Assembly (NCBI RefSeq): GCF_009914755.1
Contig: NC_060926.1
Length of the DNA: 64,000 bases
Direction: 5' to 3' (one strand)
DNA from: the human T2T-CHM13v2.0 reference genome, Homo sapiens
The notes below the pieces were generated by a model, which saw only the letters and a program-made list of their open reading frames with translations, was not told where the DNA came from and searched no databases. Numbering within the stretch: the first letter of the stretch is position 1; each line of letters begins with the position of its first letter. This document shows, piece after piece, positions 1 through 20,809 of the stretch. Position numbers and translations under genes: made by a program.

Positions 1-324
1 AGGCAGATTACTTGAGGTCAGGAGTTGAAGACCAGCCTGGCCAACATGGTAAAACCTCATTTCTACTAAAAATACAAAAATTAGCCGGGCGTAGTGGTGC
101 ATGCCTGTAATCCCAGCTACTCAGGAAACTGACACAGGAGAATTGCTTGAACTCAGGAGGTTTAGTGAGCCTAAATCTCACCACTGCACTCCAGCCTGGG
201 TGACAGAGTGCGACTCTGTCTCAAAAAAAAAAAAAAAAAAAGCCCAAGACCAGATGGCTTCACTAGTGAATTATACTAAAACATTTAAAGAATAACTAAC
301 ATGTTAGACGTAAATGCAATAATA

Positions 325-814
325 GCCTTCCTTCCTTTTTGTTGTAGCCCTCGGTGGTTGCTGTCAAAATGGGCAAGTGCATGAAACCTGGGAAAGTGGT
401 GCTGGTCCTGGCCAGCAGTATTCTGGCTGAACACAAAGCTGTCATCGTAAAGAACATTAATGATGGCACCTCAGACTGCCCCTACATCCAAGCTCTCGTG
501 GTTGGAATTGATCGCTATCCCTGCAAAGTGACAGCTGCCATGGGCAAAAAGAAGATTACCAGGAGGTCAAAGATCGAGTCTTTTGTGAAGGTTTATAACT
601 ACAATCATCTTACGCCTACAGTGCACTCTGTGGATATCCTCTTACACAAAACTGTCATCCACAAGGATGTCTTCAGAGATCCTGCTCTTAAACACAAGGC
701 CCAATGGGAGGCCAAGGTCAAGCTCAAAGAGAGATACAAAACGGGCAAGAACAAGCAGTTCTTCCAGAAGCTACAGTTTTAGATGTTTTGTTTCCATCTT
801 AAAAATTAAATAAA
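325..814 (+). pseudogene. RPL27: RPL27 processed pseudogene (60S ribosomal protein eL27 retrocopy), antisense within an INO80D intron
   Basis: Intronless ORF 369-782 ([15 protein letters not shown]...[14 protein letters not shown]...[16 protein letters not shown]) is recognisably RPL27. It has a pyrimidine-rich TOP-like leader (ccttccttcctttttg) from 325 and a decayed A-tail at 801-814. A 14-bp target-site duplication flanks it: taaatgcaataata (311-324) and taaatgcagtaata (815-828). The symbol given is the parent gene. Confidence 0.95.
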
Positions 815-828
815 TAAATGCAGTAATA

Positions 829-2530
<1,702 letters not shown>

Positions 2531-2638
2531 TCACTTGAACTCGGGGGGCGGAGGTTGCAGTGAGCCAAAATCGTGCCATTGCACTCCAGCTTGTACGACA
2601 GAGCGAGACTTTGTCTCAAAAAAAAAAAAAAGCCTTTA

Positions 2639-2764
<126 letters not shown>

Positions 2765-3090
2765 TTAAAATGGTGGCCTGCACCTGTTGTCCCAGCTACT
2801 CAGGAGGCTGAGGCAGGAGGATCACTTGAGCCCAGGAAGTCAACGCTGCAGTGAACTATGATCTCACCACTGCACTCCCGCCTGGGTGATAGGGTAAGAC
2901 CCTGACTCAAAACAAACAAACAAACAAATTCCTTATGGCACAATCCTGCATTACCAAAAAATTCACAAAAAGATTCTTTAGGCACAAATTTGGTGGCCAG
3001 ACAACTGTCAGTTTTCTTTTAAAAACTCAATGAACTTATTGAGGCATTTGGCATGGCAACACCCTCTTGAAGATATAATGAACAGCCTAG

Positions 3091-3724
<634 letters not shown>

Positions 3725-3835
3725 AGGTAGGGCCAATTTTCTACAGCTCCCCATTTTCTACTACACTGAAACACAGCAAGGTACAACAAATGACAGGTAG
3801 CTGCAACAAGAAATTGGAATAAAGATGGAAGTTTA

Positions 3836-4135
<300 letters not shown>

Positions 4136-6441
4136 TTAATTAATTAATTAATTAAAATACAGGACAGAGATTCCTCTTAGAGGGCAGAGTGGCAGATACA
4201 AATGTGGAGTTACAGGAATAGATGGGTGGGTAAACCAACATGTTTGCCCAACATTAAAAATATACAGTGCTCCCTGACTGGAGCATAATAGCCCAACAAG
4301 AAAGTGCTGAATAAGTAAATGAACAAATGAATGAAAAATGAATGACTGAGTGAAGGAAAAGAATGAAGGGGAAAAGATGGAAACAGCAGCTGGGCAAGAA
4401 GTAAGGATAAATACCTGTTAAAAAAAAAAAAAAAAAAGGAGGAAAACAGAGTAAAGGAAAAGAACCAGGGGAGCAGAGTATCGTAGTAATCAAAGAGGAA
4501 GCAAGTTATGAAAGTGGCCAAGAAAGTAACATGCTACAGAGATAAAGAAAAATGAGGATGGCCACAAATCTGAAACAACAAAAGAAGTATTTTGATAACT
4601 CTGCAAGAATAGAAGGCAGAATAGAATACACATTGTTCCTAATCAATAGCATATACTCCCTATACTGATGTCAAGGTTACCTTAAGAATTAAATTAAGAA
4701 TGATAACTACCATTTATTAATAATTTCCCATGTACCAGGTTTTGGCTGGATTTGTAAAATTAACCCAAAATATCACAAGTCAAATTAAGCTGATACGAAT
4801 TACCATTAGGAAGTATGACTGATGGTATCTATAACTAAAAAGCTTAAGCTCAATTGACTCTATTGTGCTGTATCTGAAAGAACCTGCTAATGGTAAGGTA
4901 AGGAAACAGTCTTGAATGACATATAAAATGGAACCTCAGTGTAAGAAAAAAAGGTATAACATTCTCCAATACTATCTAGGGGGTAAGTGAGGAACAACTG
5001 GGTGGGAGATAAATCCAAAGAGTGGAATAGATACATCATGCTATTATAATTTAAGACAGTGACCACTAATAAAATCCAACTAACCCTACTTGCTCTAATT
5101 CCATGTCCAAATAAGCTTCTGATGATAATTTGCTTCCTGTGTAGTTTTGTTTAGTGACCATTTGTACTATTTGATGATTGTATTTCTCATTATAAGCTGG
5201 CATTTTAGTGTACAGATTAGTCTCTAGTGAATCAGTTCCCTAAGCCTAATCACCTCTAGGTATACTAACAAATCACATTTTTAATCCTATAAACTCAAAA
5301 ACCATCACAGATAGCTGATCTCCCTCTACATTGCTGAATATCTATTCAAACCACAACATTTTAAATAAATGGTTAGCTGAGTAAGTGAGTCATCTTTTGG
5401 TAGACAAGGATCTATCTTGGTATTGTCAAACTGTACCAAGTGAATCTGTAGAATGCTAAAAGGAGTCTCCTAAAAAAATTCATTTTCTTACTATCATTGA
5501 AGAGGATGTGCATTCAACTTCTACAGATCTTAGACAAACACTTCTTTTCCGAAGACATAACATGGGGAAAAAAACTGAAGAGAGCTGTCAGTATACCCCG
5601 ACAGCTTTCCAATAAGGAAGGTACAAAGAAAACCCCTCAGGAGATCTAGCCTAAAAAAAAAAAAAATTGTAGCACAGTAGAAATAAAGAATGGATCAATG
5701 TTGCAGAAGATAGAGGTGAAGTAAAAAAGCACTATTTCTACTACTGTGGAGATGTACAGCCAAGGAAGATACAGAGAGGCAAGATAGTGGGACTCCACGT
5801 AGCCCCCCAAGGGACCACGTGCAAGTTCCTCAACCTATGTGGGCCTTGCTTTCCTCTTCTGTAAAATGAGGAAATTGGATCAATTAATCTCTAAGGTTCT
5901 TTTCAATTCTAGGTTCTATTATAATTAATTCCTTTAATGATGAATGGGAAAGGTACAGAAGCAAATTTACCAAGAAAATTTAAGAGTAGCTTTGCTCAAA
6001 CGATATAGTACATTTACAAACAATATAGTACATTTACTCCCAAGTGGAATCTATTTTACCACCAATTTTTTAGAGTGAAGTCTTTTTTTACCTTTATTTT
6101 ACAATAAAACTAGATCTAATAACATAAAAGTATCAGCATATATAGTGGGAAATATCAATCTGCTACAGTGGTCATTCAAGAAGGAAACTAGGGCCGGGCG
6201 TGGTAGCTCATGCCTGTAATCCTAGCACTTTGGGAGGCCTAGGCGGAGAGATCACTTGAGATCAGGAGTTCAAAACCAGCCTGGCCAACATGGTGAAACC
6301 CCATCTCTACTAAAAATACAAAAAAAATTAGTCAGGCTTGGTGGCAGTAAGCTGAGATCACACCACTGCACTCCAGCCTGGGTGACAGAGCGAGACTCCG
6401 TCTCAAAAAAAAAAAGAATAAAAACAGAACAGAAGACTTAC

Positions 6442-6550
6442 GCATGTCTTTGATATCTGAGGGTTTCCCGGATGGACCATGCAACCTGGTAGGGCGAGGC
6501 CTGCTCTGAGTCCTCTGGTTCCTCTCCGCTCTCTTCAGACCAGTCCAAAC
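6442..6550 (-). CDS. INO80D: INO80D third coding exon (109 nt), not shown in the correct frame by the ORF track
   Basis: Minus strand reads aacccag|GTTTGGACTGGTCT...AGACATGC|gtaagt. It continues the phase-1 end of the previous exon: (G)[35 protein letters not shown](A), with no stops and canonical AG/GT. Confidence 0.93.
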
Positions 6551-7750
6551 CTGGGTTAGACAGGAGATATTGCAAATTAGAAAAAGTTTACTTTTATTCA
6601 AAATTTAAACTAAAAAGCTACACAAAATAACATAACCCAACATACCTATTGCAAGTACTATCATGGTGTGAATAAATGTCTCCTGATGAATCTCATTTCT
6701 ATTCTTACAAAGATAATCGGTTTGTTTTTGTTTTTGTTTGACAGAGTCTCACTCTGTCACCCAGGCTGGAGTGCAGTGGCACGATCTTGGCTCACTGCAA
6801 CCTCTGCCTCCCGGGTTCAGCGATTCTCCTGTCTCGGCCTCCCGAGTAGCCAGGACTACACGCGCCAGCCACCACACCCAGCTAATTTTTGTATTTTTAG
6901 TAGAGACAGGGTTTCACCATATTGGCCAGGCTGCTCTTGAACGCCTGACCTCGTGATCCACCCACCTCGGCCTCCCAAAGTGTTGGGATTACAGGCGTGA
7001 GCCACCGCCTGGCCACACAATCGGGTTTTTAAAATGACATTACAACAAAAAGGCTAAGCTATATTCCACAGATGAACTTCTTTTGTCAGACACTTCACTA
7101 ATGGGGTAGAAACAACACAAGTAAAGAGAGATTTCAGGTCACAAAAAGGCAGAATTTCTTTTCTTTTTTTTTGAGACAGGGTCTTGCTCTGTCACCTAGG
7201 CTGGAGCACAGTGTGGCATGATCTCGGCTCACTGCAACCTCTGCCTTCCAGGTTCAAGTGATTCTCATGCCTCAGCCTCCCAAGTAGCTGGTATTACAGG
7301 TGAGCACCACCACGCCCAGCTAATTTTTGTATTTTTAGTAGAGATGGGGTTTCGCCATGTTGGCCAGGCTGGTCTCAATCTCCTGACCTTAAGTGATCCA
7401 CCTGCCTCGGCCTCCCAAAGTGCTGGGATTACAGGCGTGAGCCACCACATCTGGCCAGAATTTAAGTATCAAAACTTAATACACTAAAATGATGTCAGAA
7501 AAACATAAAATACAAACAAGAGGGTGAGAAAAGAAGCTCGATATATGTTAAGGCAAGAAAAAGGTCAATACCTGCTTCTGAATGGTTTTATGAAAACAAC
7601 AAAAAAAAAAAATCAAAAAGTGCAGATAGAGTCACTCTACATTTCAACAACGAAGGGCCCTATGATAAAGTGTCAAAGGTAGAAACACTCCATCCCCCTC
7701 TCCCAAACCATTCCCTGGCTCTTACCTTCCATGGGAAGATGGAAGGGTAG

Positions 7751-8092
<342 letters not shown>

Positions 8093-8109
8093 TCTTTCAA
8101 TTATTTTAA

Positions 8110-8334
<225 letters not shown>

Positions 8335-9780
8335 TAATCTTTGTACTTTTTGTAGAGACCGGGTTTTGCCATGTTGACCAGGCTGCTCTCGAACTCCTGA
8401 GCTCAAATGATCTACCTGCCTTAGCCTCCCAAAGTGCTGCAATTACATGCATGAGCCACTGTGCCCAGCCAAATGCTATAATTTTTAATGACTGAATAAT
8501 TTTTAGCTCCTGCCATAAAAGTTTTACCCTTTTAAAAGTCTTGTATCTTGGCCAGGTGCACCGGCTCATGCTTGTAATCCCAGCAGTTTGGGACACTGAG
8601 CCAAGGGGATCACTTTAGGCAAGAAGTTAGAGACCAGCCTGGGTAACACACCAAGACCCCGACTCTACAACAAACTTAAAAATTAGCCAGGCTGAGTGGT
8701 GCATGCCTGCAGTCCCAACTATTCAGGAGACTGAGGCAGGAGGATCGACTGACCCTTGAGCCCAGGAGGTTGAGGCTGCAGTGAGCCATGATCATGTAAC
8801 TGCATTTCAGCCTGGTGACAGAGCAAGGCCCTGTCTCTAAAAGTTAAGAAAAAAAGTTTTATATCTTGAAGAGGTCTTGATAAAGACTGATGTTGCACAG
8901 CCTAAAGTGTAACAGTATGTGGGACTATGTAAGTTTAATATATCCATACCTCTATGAAACTTACTAGACACCTTGATAACTAGTATTTTATTTATGTCTT
9001 CCTTCTTGAGAACCTCAAAAATCAAGAGTATCCTCATTAGACAGTTACATTAAAAAGGACTTCATGGATTGCTTCCATAGTTTAAATGAGTTTACATGTG
9101 CCAAATAGGGAAATTAAGAAAAGGTTAATTAAAATGCAAATTATGAATGCTTAAGATTAAATAACACATTGCCATTGGCATAAAGAAACTTCAAATCTAA
9201 TTCTAAGATGACTATCTAAAATGTCAGGTCACCTTTAAAAATGAGTTACTTTCTCAACTGAAATAATTAATAATTTGTAGGGGGAAAAGGTAAAAAAGCA
9301 ATTAAATGATCACAGCATCAACTTCAGTGTGTTGAAAGGTAAGGTCCTTCAAAGTGACATTTAAGGCACCACTGAAAAACAGAACATGAGTTATCTTTTA
9401 TTTGTTTCAATAGAATAATTTCTCCTAAGACACCTCTGAGGTGTCTTGACTTTCTCTGAGGAAGTCAAGATCTAAGTCATAAAAACTAAGACGGAAGTGT
9501 TTTTCCTGCTGTGAAACTAACTGTCCAATAAAGCAAACCTTTGATCTTGGCTTCATTATCACTAGTTTTAATGTAACTAGCTGACATAACTAGCCCAGAC
9601 AGGACTATAAAGGCTAATAATAAGACTGAGTTTTTATTTAAATACTCTTTGCTGACATGAATACAGACTACACTCTGTCATAAGATTACAGAGTATATGC
9701 ATTACTATTTCTGGTTTCCCCAAAGTAACTTTTGCTTTGAAATCTTAGGCCTCTAATATGTTTGCATTTTAAAAAATTTA

Positions 9781-9957
<177 letters not shown>

Positions 9958-9964
9958 CTACTCA

Positions 9965-10063
<99 letters not shown>

Positions 10064-10323
10064 CTATCTCAAAAAAAGAAAAAAAAAATTTAAAAGGCTG
10101 AAAACTTTTTCTGTGTGTTTTCATTCTGTTTAAAAATGATTTAAAAATTGCTGGGCACAGTGGCTCATGCCTGTAATCCCAGCACTTTGGGAAGCCGAGG
10201 CGGGCAGATCACAAGATTAGGAGTTCAAGACCAGCCTGGCCAATATACTGAAACCCCGTCTCTACTAAAAATGCAAAAAATTAGCTGGATGTGGTAGCAT
10301 GCGCCTGTAGTCCCAGCTACTCA

Positions 10324-10545
<222 letters not shown>

Positions 10546-10592
10546 TTATAAATAAAAATTTAGTAGATGATGCCGGTAAGTGTTGGAATTAG

Positions 10593-10922
<330 letters not shown>

Positions 10923-11506
10923 TTTCTTAGATCTCTGCCTCAAAACTAATGTCTAAATGAGTTCCAGCTAGATAAAATGTAAATAATGAAATGATAAAAG
11001 GACTAAAAGAAAATACGGGTGAATATGTTCATATATTCTTGGGATGAAGAGAATCCAAATAAGCAAGCAAACCAAAACCCAGACTCAAAAGAAAGAAATC
11101 TTAAAGAAGAGAATACATAAAAATTTTAACTTTTAAATTCCTACAATGGATATTTCTTTTCTTTTCTTTTCTTTTTTTTTTCAGAGACGGGGTCTCAGCT
11201 CTGTCGCAGTGGCATGATTATAGCTCACTGCCAGTCATAAGCTCTTGGACTTAAGGGATCCTTCCGCCTCAGCCTCCCAAGTAGCAGAGATTACAAGTTT
11301 GCAACTGTGCCTGGCTATAACAGATACCCGGAAGCAAAAAACAAAGGAGAGGAGGGAGAGACTTTCCAACAAATATAATATACATATAAAAAGCTCTTAC
11401 CAATCAATAGAAAATAAATATATGGATGGAAGAAGTGAAAGGCAAAATAAACAAAATGTCCAAAAATCATATGAACGAATACTCAACTATATTATTAATC
11501 CAAAAT

Positions 11507-12875
<1,369 letters not shown>

Positions 12876-13743
12876 ATCTAAGATATGTAAATTTAAGCAG
12901 ATTTTCTATCTAATTTGCAAAGGCAATAATAACAATAATACTACTACCCAGGGCTGATAAAGATTTAGAGAAACTGTTATTTTCACACACTGCTTAAAGA
13001 AGATAAGCTGACAAAATAATTCTGAAGGAAAATTTGGCAACATATATCAAAACTTTTTTTTTTTTAAAAGCTAAAGCTTGGAATCGGCAATTCCACTTTT
13101 AGTCTGAATTAACAATCTATTTGAAGAAAAAAAGATGTGGCAATAATTGTTTTACTGCAAGGCTATATACATCTACGACAGTTTATAAGGACATAAGCTG
13201 GATACAACTTAAATGGAAGACAGAATTCAGCCATGACAAATTACACTGCATATGAAAAATTACCAACTTGAAAATACATTAGTATGAAAAATTTTAAACC
13301 AGGTTACAAAACAGCATGTATAGTAAGAGCCCAATTTTATATATTAGAAAGAATATATCAAGGTATTAACAAATGGGTATTAATATGGCTTGGAGTGTTT
13401 TAATTTATTATTTTTGTTTATAAATTTTTTAACTTTTGTATTTTAATCACGAAAAGTCACAGATGGTTTAACAACAGGTGAAACAATAAAAAGCTATAAG
13501 AAAAGCCACCACTCCCAACTCCTATAAAATATACCCTGTCCAATTCCATCCTCCCTAGGGTAGCTGATGTTAACAGTCTGGAAGTATATATCCTTTTATA
13601 CTTTTACCTTTGCTCACATCAATCAGGCCAATAGCCATATACTTAATCAATAAATATATTGATATCCCCTGTTTATTTACTTTGTTTATTTTTACCAAAA
13701 TGGGATAATAATTACCTCTTGATTTCTTTTTTCCACTTTTTAA

Positions 13744-14013
<270 letters not shown>

Positions 14014-14418
14014 TGATTCACCGGCCTCAGCCTCTCAAAGTGCTGGGATTACAGGCATGAGCCACCACACCTGGCCTCATTCATTCTTTTTAATAGCTAT
14101 ATAATATTTCTTTTCTTTTCTTTTTTTTTTTTTTATACAATAGAGACAAGGTCTTACTGTGTCGCCCAGATTGGTCTTGAACTCCTGAGCTCAAGTGATC
14201 CTCCCACCTCGGCCTCCCAAAGTGCTAGGATTATAGGTATGAGCCACTGCACCCAGCCTGCTACATAATATTTCATAAAACTTATATGAACAATAATTTA
14301 GTCAAGGTTTCCTATCAGTAATTGTTTCTTTGCAGGTTTTTAATGCTGCAAACAATGTTTCAGTGAACATCCTTGCACATATATCCTTACATTTTGATTT
14401 TTTTAATCCACAGGATAG

Positions 14419-14790
<372 letters not shown>

Positions 14791-15624
14791 TAAGCTGGTC
14801 TCAAACCTCTGGCTTCAAGTGATCCTTCTGCATCAGCCTCTCAAAGTAATGAGATTACAGGCATAAGCCACTAAGCCCAGCCTATACATATATTTTAAAT
14901 TAGTAGATATTGCTAAATTACTCACCAGCAATGTATGAGATACCATATCCTGACCCTGACCAACAATGGATATCATTTTTCACAATCTGGTAATTCATTG
15001 TTGCTTTAATTTGTATTTCCTGCCTGCTGAGAGGATTGAGGTATTCATTTGTTTATTGACTATTCATATCTCTTCACGTTCTATCTTTGCTCATATTTCT
15101 ATTGCTGTCATATTATGCAAATAATTTTTCCTGAAGTGAAAATCATAGCTCATATTGCATTCGAGAATAAATTTCAACTGAATTAAAGGTTTAAATGATC
15201 AAAACCAATCAAACTATTAATAGAAAACATAGAATATCTGTATAAACTTGGAATCGAGGAAGTTTTCTTAAGCAAAACAGGAAATTCAGAAGCAACAAAA
15301 GAAAAATAGACATGTGACTACATTAAATTACAAGTTTTCCCTGTATTTTCTCACTCTTAAATCATTAACAGGTATTGCCTTGAGAATTTTTTAAACAGGA
15401 AAAAATGTTTTAAAACTGTCAGCAGATATCAACAATGCTATGATCATTCCTAGAATAAGACACACCAAGAACTTCACTAGATGCACAGGTGTTAAACTCA
15501 TAAAAGCATACAACCAAACACAACTGCCTTTTAATGCTGCTATCACTACAAATAAAAGCTGCGTGTGGAATTCTAAATTCCCAACTCCTATTTCTGTATC
15601 CTATTCAGCAAGTGTTACACCCTC

Positions 15625-15964
15625 CAGTGTTGGCCCTCTGTATCCATGGGATCCACATCTGTGGATTCAGCCAATTGCTGATCAGAAATATTTGAGAAAA
15701 AAGATTCCATTTGTACTGAACATATACAGACTTTTTTTCTTGTCATTATTCCCTAAACAATACATTATAACAACTGTTTTCATAGCATTTACATTATATC
15801 AGGTATTATACGTAATCTAGAGATGATTTAAAGAATATGGGAGAATGTACATAGGTTATGTGCAAATACTATGCTGTTTTATATCAGGATCTTGAGTATC
15901 CTCAAATTTTAGTGCCTGAGGGAAGACCTGGAACCAATCCACCACACATGTAGAGGGACGACTG
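15625..15964 (-). mobile_element. MER2-like TcMar-Tigger MITE
   Basis: About 340 bp with imperfect terminal inverted repeats (cagtgttggccctctgtatcc ... gtagagggacgactg) and a characteristic gtacataggttatgtgcaaatactatgc core. Confidence 0.75.
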
Positions 15965-16134
15965 TGTTTATTTTAAGGTGGTCTACCTAAATACAGAATC
16001 TTTCACTGCACCACTCTGCCTCATTGTGATTCCACCCCCATCACATATGGGGTAATTATGAAAGGGAAGCTCCACACAACCGAACACATTTTGTCATATT
16101 ATGTGTCTATGATACGATAAAATAGATAACTCAC

Positions 16135-16880
16135 CTAAATGGGGAAACAGATCAGTGTCCAACTGATGTTTCTGGGTGCACAGTTTCACCAGTCTCTGCA
16201 GTCGGCTTATACATGAGAAGTGTGGAGAGAAGGCTGTGGCTTTCATGAGGATCCGGTCAGTCCTGGGTGGGTCCACAGTGGGAGCCCTACTGGATGGCAG
16301 GAGGGGCAGAGGCCTCTTGTGAGACAACTGCCGTGCTTGTGCTATAGTGTGTGTGGTGGGTGCCACTCCCTGCATTGGTAGGCTGGTGTTCTGAGGTTGA
16401 GGTGACTTGCAGACTGAACCCTGCGGTGGCGCTGGAGGTTTTAAAGAAGTAGATAAAGGTGACAGGTGGGAGTGCTGCTGCGGAGGCTGCTGCTGTGAAG
16501 GTGCAGGAGGGGGACTAAAGTGCTCTTGTCGAACTTTTAAAATCTCTGTCTCTCTCTGGCGCTGCCGATTCTGGGCCAACTTGCTCTGCAACTTCTTTCT
16601 CACAGTTGCCCCTTTCTTTAGGTCATCATCTTCCTCATTGAAAGCAAATGGGTCTTCCAATTCAGTTTCCAGGTAGTGGAGAGGGACCCTTGCCCCAGGT
16701 GGAGAGAGGGACATTCCATCCAGTCCGTTGGGCATCTTCAAGGCCAACGTGGGCACTGTCAGGCTAAAGGCCATGGTATCCATCTGGTGCCTGACCTTCA
16801 CCTCATCTATAGGATCATTCTTTTTCTTCCTCTCTTTTTTCGGGATAAAGCCAAGTACCTGCAAGTGGCTGTTGCAGTAC
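16135..16880 (-). CDS. INO80D: INO80D second coding exon (746 nt)
   Basis: Minus strand reads ttttaaag|GTACTGCAACAGCCAC...CCCCATTTAG|gtgagt. It encodes (R)YCNSHLQVLGFIPKKERKKKND...PPPAPSQQQPPQQ...LVKLCTQKHQLDTDLFPHL(G), in frame with both neighbouring exons. It overlaps ORF 16094..16864. Confidence 0.96.
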
Positions 16881-17644
16881 CTTTAAAATACACACATACA
16901 TGGGAAAACAGTCATGATACATATTTTTTAAAAGTAGAACATAAAACTACATGAGAATCCTAATGTTAAAAATTGCGTCACTATAGTGACTCTTGGCAGC
17001 CAGCAACTTAACATGCAAACCTCTACTACTTTCAAGCAGTCCTCAAAGTCAGTGTAATTTTGATGAGGCAAATATGTGAACTGTACATGCACAGGGGTGG
17101 CCAGACAGAAGCAAGTCATTCAGTTACTGAGTGGCCCTGGATAACTGCTCAGCTACTGCTTCTCACATGGCTTTGTTATTCTCTATTCATAGCATACAAA
17201 GTAACTCATCAAGAGTCTAAAAGATCACTTAAAATTCTCTTATGAGAAAAAATATATATATTTTCTAATGCCATTAAAGTATTCGGAGATTCACAAAGCT
17301 CTTATGACATAAAACCCTCAAGAATGTCAAGTGTCTACTGTGCTTTAGACACATATACAGAGAGAGACAGAGAAAGAGAGAGAGAATGAAATAAGAAAGT
17401 AAAAGATGGTTCGTGGGGTTATAGGTGAAATGCCTTTTTCAATAGCCAGATGTAAGTACATGAATTATCTCCTGTAGTACCTACCTGCAGTAGGCGCTAA
17501 AATAATTCCCTTAATGCAGATGAGGAAACTAAGCTTTACAGAAATTGATGAACTTGCCTGAGACTCTTTCCAGCTGGAAAGAGTCAGAGCTAAGACCAAC
17601 TAAAATCAAAGCTCATGAAGACTCTCATTAGTCTTCAACAATAA

Positions 17645-17765
17645 GCAAGTATACTGCTTGGGTGATGGTTGCACCAGGATCTCACAAATCACCACTAAAG
17701 AACTTGCTCATGTAACCAAATACCACCTGTACCTCAATAACTTTAAAATAAAATAATAAAAACTA
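17645..17765 (+). mobile_element. 5'-truncated L1 3' end (L1PB/L1MA-type) with A-rich tail
   Basis: gtatactgcttgggtgatggttgcacc...caaatcaccactaaagaactt...catgtaaccaaataccacctgt followed by aaaataaaataataaaa. Confidence 0.7.
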
Positions 17766-18075
17766 ATAATTTTAAAAATGCTTTATAGAATTCACCAGTG
17801 ATGCCATCTGACATGGACTTTTCCTGTGGAAAGTTTAAAAAAAAAAAAAAAGAGCAAAATTAAATTCAAAACTGCTATTTTGAATTCTCTGTCTGAAAGA
17901 TCACATATCTCTGTTTTTCCAGAACTGGTCCTTGGTGCCTTATGTATTTCATTTGTTGATGTCATGTTTTCCTGGATGGTCTTGAAGCTTGTGAATTTTC
18001 GTCTGTGTGGGCATTGAAAAGTTAGGTATTTATTGTTGTCTTCACACTCTTCATGCTATTTTAAAAACCTATAAA

Positions 18076-18693
<618 letters not shown>

Positions 18694-18744
18694 CAGTACT
18701 CCATGCTTAAATAAATTTGGAAAATGCTGGCTTAAACAAAATTA

Positions 18745-19425
<681 letters not shown>

Positions 19426-20188
19426 TCAATCCTCAAATTCACTGGGCTTCATCATATAAGTGTTTTTCTAGTAATTGCTAAAAATACAGATTCACCAAAT
19501 AATCAGAAAATCTCAAGCACACACAGAATATGTGTGGGTGTGTTTTGTTGCTTCGTCTTAGAAATAAATCTATCAGAGGCACTCTTTAACGTAGGCCTCT
19601 TAAGAAAAAGCTTTCTTTGTCATGTGCAGTCACTGAAAAAGCGAAAAAGGTTTCTAGCCAGCAAAGAGAATCTACACCGTGTGTGTGTGTGTCTGTGTGT
19701 CTGTGTGCTTCCCTAGCAGGTTTGAGCTAGGTCCCATATATATCTTAAACAGAACAGATTCACAAAGCAATGGCCAGCAAAGAAAGAGGCGTCTGGGATA
19801 ACTGCACTAACCAAAAAGTTTCCCAAGAACAAGAAAAAATTTTAATAAAGAATAAATTTGGCCTGGCGTGGTGGCTCATGTCTATAATCCCAACACTTTG
19901 GGAGGCCAAGGCAGGGCGATTGCTTGAAGCCTGGAGTTCGAAACAAGCCTGGGCAACCTAGTAAGGATCCATCTCCACAAAAAGTTTTCAAAACTCGGCC
20001 AGCCACGTGGCTTGTGCCTGTAGTCCTAGTTACTCGGGAGACTGAGGCAAGAGGATCATTTGAGGCCCAAAGTTCAAGGCTGTAGTGAGCTACGATCATG
20101 CCACTGCACTCCAGCCTGGGCAGCAGAATGAGACCCCATCTCAAAGAAAAAAAAGAAAAGAAAGACAAATTTATAACTTAGTACTTAT

Positions 20189-20809
<621 letters not shown>

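Noticed and set aside
6332-6601. 89-aa minus-strand ORF over the 109-nt exon
   Set aside because: It is the wrong frame of the true INO80D exon, running into an Alu.
16407-16954. Plus-strand ORFs, one Cys/Gly-rich (WECCCGGCCC)
   Set aside because: Antisense shadow of the Pro/Gln/His codons of the INO80D exon.
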